Positions 57,234 through 64,000 of a DNA stretch of 64,000 bases are shown piece by piece. Below the pieces are notes generated by a model, which saw only the letters and a program-made list of their open reading frames with translations, did no database searches and had not been told where the DNA came from. The DNA is from Octopus vulgaris (Eukaryota): contig OX597816.1 in NCBI GenBank assembly GCA_951406725.2, positions 31,558,001-31,622,000 of the forward strand. Reading direction: 5' to 3'. The first letter of the stretch is position 1. Every line of letters begins with the position of its first letter. The position numbers and the translations under genes were made by a program.

Positions 57234-57943
57234 AAGAAGAAGAAGAAGAAGAAGAAGAAGAAGAAGACGGAGAAGAAAATAATATGCTACATTATTAAGT
57301 TCACCAATTATAAGCCATTGAATGTAGACTTTCATTCCATCTTCTTCCCCTGCAGATATTTCCATTAAGTTATTCTTCCAAGTGCTTTCTCTCTTCCTCT
57401 GGTTCAGTCTATTGTCTCTTTTTTTTTTGCTTCTTATTTATTCCTACTGTGTCTTTCTTTTTTTCTCTGTTTGAATGAATTTTTGTTTTAACCACTAAGC
57501 TTAAATTACAGAATTTATATGACTTTTCTTTAAACTATTTTTTTTTCATAGCAATATTCTCAATTTTCCGTCAATGCTTGGCATGTTGCCATTAATAATT
57601 AACGCATGTGTATTCACTAGTGTCGGCGATTTGCTACTTTGGTTGGTAGTGATGCGCACAGTGGAGATATTTTTGGTTTATATGTAATTACATTTTTTTA
57701 TCTGTTCTTTCATTTCTACTCGCTTCTGCATTGTTTTTTTCTCTTTTATACATAAGTGGATCGCATATAGCATTTATCTTAATTTTGCTAAATTAGAAAA
57801 GATTGTTATTGAATATTGCTCATGTTTAAATATTCCTAATAGTTTCGTTGTGTCGGCGCATTAATTCTTTATTATTGTATTTCTCATTTATTTGCCATTG
57901 TTACCAGAAACTAAGAAAAGATCCACGAAATATAAATAAATAA

Positions 57944-57991
<48 letters not shown>

Positions 57992-58799
57992 TAAAATGGG
58001 TTTGGCGGAGAGTAATTAATCGAATGAAAAGACTAAGACAAAATTAATATATAAATAAATATATATGTATAGGAATTTAACTTTAAAAACATGCAAAGAT
58101 TAATGAGTTAATTTACCTGTTTGTGAATGAGCGCGCATGTACATAAACGCACACATGCACATATCTATATAAAATGTAGGCTGCATTATAATCTATACTG
58201 TGTCCTCCTATGCTACATCAACATATTTCGTAGTCCAAAATTCTATATAGATGTTATAATTGCGTGAAGTAGGCATAAAATTTGAAAAGTATTAGAAACT
58301 TGCATTTTCAGAGTAACTATATACCCAAAAATACATTATACAAATGATTTTCATTCCGTTTATTGACAATTACATGTGTTTCATTTGAAGATAGGGGTTA
58401 CAAAATTGCACATGTATAGGAAACATATATTTGCAATTTGTAACTCCTGTTGGCAAACAAAAGACATGTGAAGATGAATAATACATAACAGTGTTTTTCC
58501 GTCACCTGTTGAATAGGCATTAGATGTTTTCCTTTCTTCACTTTCTATGTCTTTGCACCTGTCAAAACTTTCAGACCTGTAATCAAACAGTGTTGGAATT
58601 CCTAGATCTAAAAAAAATATGAAATCTTTGTGCTATGGCTTGTTTTTTTTTTCACGACTATTCACCTTATTCCATATGGTATATATTTGGTCCTAAACTT
58701 GATAAATTTCTGGCCAACTTAGATGTAATACTTTTGTCGATTAGCCAGATTATATGATGGGGGTTAAAAAAGTCTTATGAGAACTTGTCTTCCTTCTGA

Positions 58800-59040
58800 C
58801 ACATAGCCACATATTGAGTTTAAAGATTAGCTTCATAACATACATATTTCAGTGGAGTATCGGGGAGGAATCCAAGCAATATGTGAATGGATCTAAGAAA
58901 TGTAACTTATGCGCTGCAGAAAGATCTCGCATTCTTCTTAGGTCTAAATATTCCAAAACACTGCTTACTTCCATATCTCATACTTCCAATAGGTGCAAAC
59001 ACATGGACAGGCTTTTGTGGAACTGGAGAAAAGCATCCGC
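58800..59040 (+). mobile_element. Penelope-like element GIY-YIG C-terminal remnant (Naiad-like Cys motif)
   Basis: QWSIGEESKQYVNGSKKCNLCAAERSRIL...LLTSISHTSNRCKHMDR matches the recalled PLE motif WSIxxxAxxYxNxSKRCNLCxxEK...LNxRxExxSKCRHxNK. Confidence 0.7.
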
Positions 59041-59304
59041 TCCAGAATAAGTCGATGTCTCATATTCTTTCACATATTTGCTGTTGATTCTTTCTATAAC
59101 AGTTACATTAATTGTTGTTTCTCCAGTCAAGGAAACGGGGCGTATTAGTTCCCTTGACTTCGTTTTTTATACCCTCCTATTTTCCTCTTCATTTTTGTTT
59201 TATTTTCTCAGCGTGCAGTATCCTTGTTTTTTTTCTCAAATATATGATACATAAATAGAACCTAAAATATTTCTTGGATATACATGGCGTATTTTATAAT
59301 TCAA

Positions 59305-60090
59305 TTTTACTCACTTATTTCCGTCTTCAGTGTAGTATTTTAATGATAAATTTGAGATTACTAATAATTAAAATATGTATTCGACCAAGCGACATCGAAT
59401 AGCTAAAAACCAGTACTCATTCGTCTGTATACATTCGGAAGCACTGGTTTTTGGATATTAGCTATTCGGTGTCGCTTGTTAATATTATTATTCGATGTCG
59501 CTTGATAAAATTATCAATTATTGATTAATTAATTAATTTTACTCTTTATTATTATTGGCAATATGATTCAGTCCCTGATAGTTAAACTGCAGTTTCTGCG
59601 GGATCACAAGTGGGGGATTGGGGAAGAATGCGAGTTCTCGCTCGTCTGTATGAGTTGAGAAGTACTGGCTTTTGGACATTAGCTATTCGATGTCGCTTGG
59701 TCGAAAACATATTTTGATTATTAGTACTCTCAAATTTATAATTGAAATACTACACCGAAGACGGAAAAAAGTGAGTAAAGTTTACATCTCTTTAATCCAG
59801 AAATGAGTATGTAGTTAATCAAACCTAGTGGATTCGTTGTTTTTTCTCTTTACCTACGTGAATTGAGAGTATTGTTGTCTGGGAGATATATTATATTAGG
59901 GGAATAGTAGTTAACTGCTATTTTTAAATTTAGATATGTGGTGAAACAGTTTGGTGTACGCTAATTATAATTATACTTATAATAATATAATGTTTGTATA
60001 AGGATACCGATAATGCTTCTTTTAATATACCAAACCACTTGGTAAAATAATTAATTATTAATTAATTAATTTTACCCTTTATTATTATTG
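59305..60090. repeat. inverted plus direct repeat cluster resembling Penelope pseudo-LTRs, with a degenerate hammerhead at 59749-59815
   Basis: 59305-59417 is the reverse complement of 59661-59779; 59420-59480 resembles 59641-59700; 59507-59557 resembles 60043-60090. Confidence 0.7.
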
Positions 60091-62740
60091 ATATATATGT
60101 GTGTGTGTTCTTTTATTATCTTATATGTTTCTGCATTAAGTATGTGGTCACGCTGGAGCTCTCTCACTTTTGTCACTGACTCAAATTCCTTTTTGGCAAT
60201 TTAAAGAACTCTCAAACACACTTTCCCAAACACAAGCAAATGTTGTCTGAAAAAATTTAAGTTGGTTAGGCTACAATATTATATAATACATTGTATTTTA
60301 TACAAAGGTGTGTGTTATTGTGTCTCCACCTCCCACTACCACTTCACAGTCAGTGTATTGTATTTACATCCCAGTAACACAGCTATCCGCCAAAAGAATC
60401 GGTGAGGATAACTACATCTTTAAAAACATCATAAGTACTACGGTCTAGTCATTTGACTAAAAATAGTTCAAAATAATAATATATGTGTGAATGCCTCTCT
60501 GTGTGTGCGTGTGTGTGTATACTTGCAAATGTGTGGGTAAATGGCTGACGAGAAAAGCTATAGTAAATCTCTGGAGGTCCCAGAGTCGCTTATCGCATTT
60601 AAACTACGGGAATAACCTAAATGCATTTGCCCCGAAAGAGAATTTGGTTGCGTATGAAGAAACTCGCCAACAATTTGCATATTTACGTGCGGAAATAGCA
60701 GAATATGTTAAGATTCAATATGGAAATAATTATGTTATTTCTGACCGTCCACTGTGCATAATGCATGTATGTTTCAGTGTGTGTGTTCGAGTGTGTATGT
60801 GTGCCTTCTTGCTTGCGTGCGTTTGTGAGTTTTAAAATAAAAACGCACATAGATGCACACACATACACACATATTGGTGAAGCGTCGTTGCAGCCACGAT
60901 GTTCTGAGCATCTGAAGAGCTATCTTTTACTTTTACATGTGTAGCATGCATATTGGTGCAGACATGTGAAATAATTTATGAGATTAAAGTTATTTCTGCA
61001 CTACGTTGTTTGGGAAACGGCCATAATCCTTTGGATATAAAGTAGCTGAATAAATATATGCCACTCTCCTGTTTCCTGATATATTATAGTTGACACAAAT
61101 CGCTAAGTTCATAGATAACTTCTAAACAATAACGTGGCATCAAACGTAATAAACAACCCACCCTAAAACCCCATTATCCCTGCAATGGCACCAACATAAT
61201 CAAGAGACGTTTGTAACTGACACATTCTATATGAAGTTCATATTAATTTCGATGAACCGCAGTACGACAACATCTTAAGAACTCGAGACTTCGAAGTCAC
61301 TATGAAAATTAATTATGTTTAAGAACAAGAAGCGTGTAGCCTACACATGTATTTAGTAACCACTTCCACACTAGTTCTATAACTCAGAAATAAGGCGTAC
61401 AGTCTGTGCATCCTTCACCTTTTCATAACAAATATGTCTTTGTTTAGTTTTGAATACACAAACAATAAAAAGAAATTCGATTCCATAGGTTTACAAATAT
61501 TTGACCATATAGAGTTTTCGATTATATTATTGAGTACTACTGCAGTCTTGGTAGAACAGAACTCTAATAAAAAATATCCCCACAAGTGAAGTGTCTTTTT
61601 CCCAAACATAGTTCATGCTGCAATACATTTTTTCGTATGAGTCCTTTCTGCGCCAGAAAAGTAGATGTTATCACATTGATGATTGAAATAGGAGATTCAA
61701 CCGATTGAAATATATCAAGCGTATACGATCTCTACTTTTTGACTGAAAGAAATTAAAAGAATTTCAGTGTGAAGTATTTTAATGAAATATAAGTTTCTAG
61801 TGCATTTCAATTTTAGTTCACTTGATACTTGATATTGAATACTTCTAAAAGAATGAACAAGCATATAAGTAATATGGGGACTGGTTAACATGAAAACGCT
61901 TTCAAATAAGTTTAAGTTGCGTTTTATTCAGTGCGAAATATATTTTTCAAATCTTTGAATACTGTTCCAGGCACTCAGTAGCACGATGCAGAAAAAATTG
62001 CAATGCTTTCTGTTTGCAATGATACGTTGGAGATTGAAAAATAAAAAACATGTCACTGACAGAAATGGATAAATTTGGTGAATTAAATATGAAATGTTAT
62101 TCAGAAAAAGTATGAATGCCATGTATGTTGTCTCAGTGGTAAGTCATTTCATATATTGGAGATCAAATAAAACCAGTACTTGCAAAAGTTGTGTTGAATT
62201 GCATATCAGTATTGCATTATATCAAAAGTCAGCTCGAATTACGTAGTTTATGCCATTAAGGGATTCCATTTAATGCAGTTACAAAGTTGTACTGCAGTAT
62301 TCCACGTATAGCGTATTGACAACTACGCTCTTCATACATTCTACAAAATCACATGCAGATATTTAGCGTTATAGCATCAATAGCGTCATATTCCTTTGAT
62401 ATTTCGCGCCGTTTAGATAAACATAATTAGTTTCATAATTTCATTTGCCTTACGTATTAACAGAAATGTTTGTGCACGATACACAACCTTAGCGAAATGG
62501 CCAGAAAGTGCATAGTGACCAATACTTTACTCTAAATATTCATAATTTCAATTAATATAAAGTAATAAAAGAGTAACGTACGAGTTGAGATGTAAAACGT
62601 ATTTAAAACAAGCAACATATTCATTGTAGTTAGCGATGATTATATAAGATACTTATTTAACCTACTATGTTCAACTGTACCGAATAATGGGGATGAATGA
62701 GATACAGCCCTTGAAGAAGATATAATCCTATTATAAATCT

Positions 62741-64000
62741 CCACGATACACCAGATTCTGCTTTACACTTAACAACTATGACGATGTCAACGTTTATAGA
62801 CATCAGCATATGGAGCATATTCGTTATATGGTTTTTCGAAAATTTCCACCGTAAATTTTACCCAAAAATTTTCTCCAAAAATTGTTCGAAAATATTCACC
62901 GAAAATTTTACCCAATAATTAATCGAAAATTTTCACCAAAAATTTTCGAAAACGTTTCACCGAAAACGATGTTGACGTTTATAGACTTCAGCATATGGAA
63001 CATATTCTTTATATGGTTATTCGAAAATTTTCACCGAAAACGATGTCGACGTTTATAGACTTCAGCATAAGGAGCATATTCGTTATATGGTTTTTCGAAA
63101 ATTTTCACCGAAAATTTTACCCAAAAATAGATTAATGATATTGCTAAAAATAGATTTTTATGTGGCTGCTGCTACTACTTTCTGTGTATATATAGAGTGA
63201 ATTCTGGTTTACTACTACATTTAAGATGCCTCACCATCCACGATACATCAGATTCTGCTTTACACTTAACAACTATCACGATGTCGACGTTTATAATCTA
63301 CAACATATGGAGCATGTTCGTCGTATACTTTTCCGAAAAATTTTCACCGAAAATTTTCCCCAAAAATTTTTTGAAACTTTTCAACTAAAATTTTCCCAAA
63401 AACATTTTCGAAAATTTTCCCCAAATATATTTTGAAAATTTTCACCGAATATTTTACCCAAAAATAGATTTATGTTATTGCTAAAATTAGATTTGTATGT
63501 GCCAGCTGCTTTCTGTGTATATATAGAGTGAATTCTGGTTTACTACTACTCTCAAGATTCCTTACCATCCACGATACACCAGATTCTGCTTTACACTTAA
63601 CAACTATGACGATGTCGAAGTTTATAGACTTGAGCATATGGAGCATATTTGTTATATGGTTTTTCGAAAATTTTAACCAAAACTTTTACCCCAAAATATT
63701 TTGAAAATTTTTGCCGAAACTTTTCCCCCGAAAATTTTTCGAAAATTTTACCCAAATATTTTACCCAAAAATTTCCAGCGAAAATGATGTTGACGTTTAT
63801 AGACTTCAGCATATGGAGCATATTCTTTATATGGTTTTTCGAAAATTTTCACCGAAAATTTTCACAGAAAACGATGTCGACGTTTGTAGACTTCAGCATA
63901 TAGAGCATATTCGTTATATGGTTTTTCGAAAATTTTCCCCGAAAATATTACCCACAAACTTATCGAAAATTTTCATCGAAGATTTTACCCAAAAATAAAT
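62741..64000. repeat. higher-order satellite running off the window end
   Basis: Macro-units start ccacgatacaYcagattctgctttacacttaacaactat at 62741, 63238 and 63568. An inner module acgatgtcgacgtttatagacttcagcatatggagcatatt... occurs about 7 times, with many 11-12-bp aaaattttcaccg-type subrepeats. Confidence 0.93.

Noticed and set aside
60491-60835. 114-aa ORF with a protein-like middle (NYGNNLNAFAPKENL...)
   Set aside because: Its ends are TG microsatellite and I recognise no domain; it may be a decayed transposon but this cannot be supported.
63197-63998. F/K/N-rich ORFs at the window end
   Set aside because: They are translations of the satellite.

Overview
AT-rich eukaryotic DNA dense in microsatellites and transposons, with no recognisable host exon, so probably intergenic or deep intronic. 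The tRNA-derived SINE families, long (TA)n/(TAA)n tracts and R4/Dong LINEs strongly suggest an octopus genome (my recognition, not a database result). The window holds a near-intact R4/Dong-clade LINE (RT plus restriction-like endonuclease, ~53.3-57.1 kb) at the end of a same-strand stack of Dong 3' ends in (TAA)n tracts. It also has decayed CR1, L1/Tx1, two Penelope-like, two Tc1/mariner and one Chapaev3-like remnants, an 8-bp-TSD MITE, a 2-kb foldback element, three SINE families, a 33-bp minisatellite and a higher-order satellite. The most unusual item is a non-coding head-to-head palindromic element (27901-28365, 35655-36229, tail fragment at 46400-46480). It combines a tRNA-like Pol III head, a (TAA)n spacer and a minimal Penelope-type hammerhead ribozyme in each arm, with 12-bp target-site duplications, and looks like a SINE mobilised by Penelope-like machinery. 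Most ORF-track entries are microsatellite artefacts.
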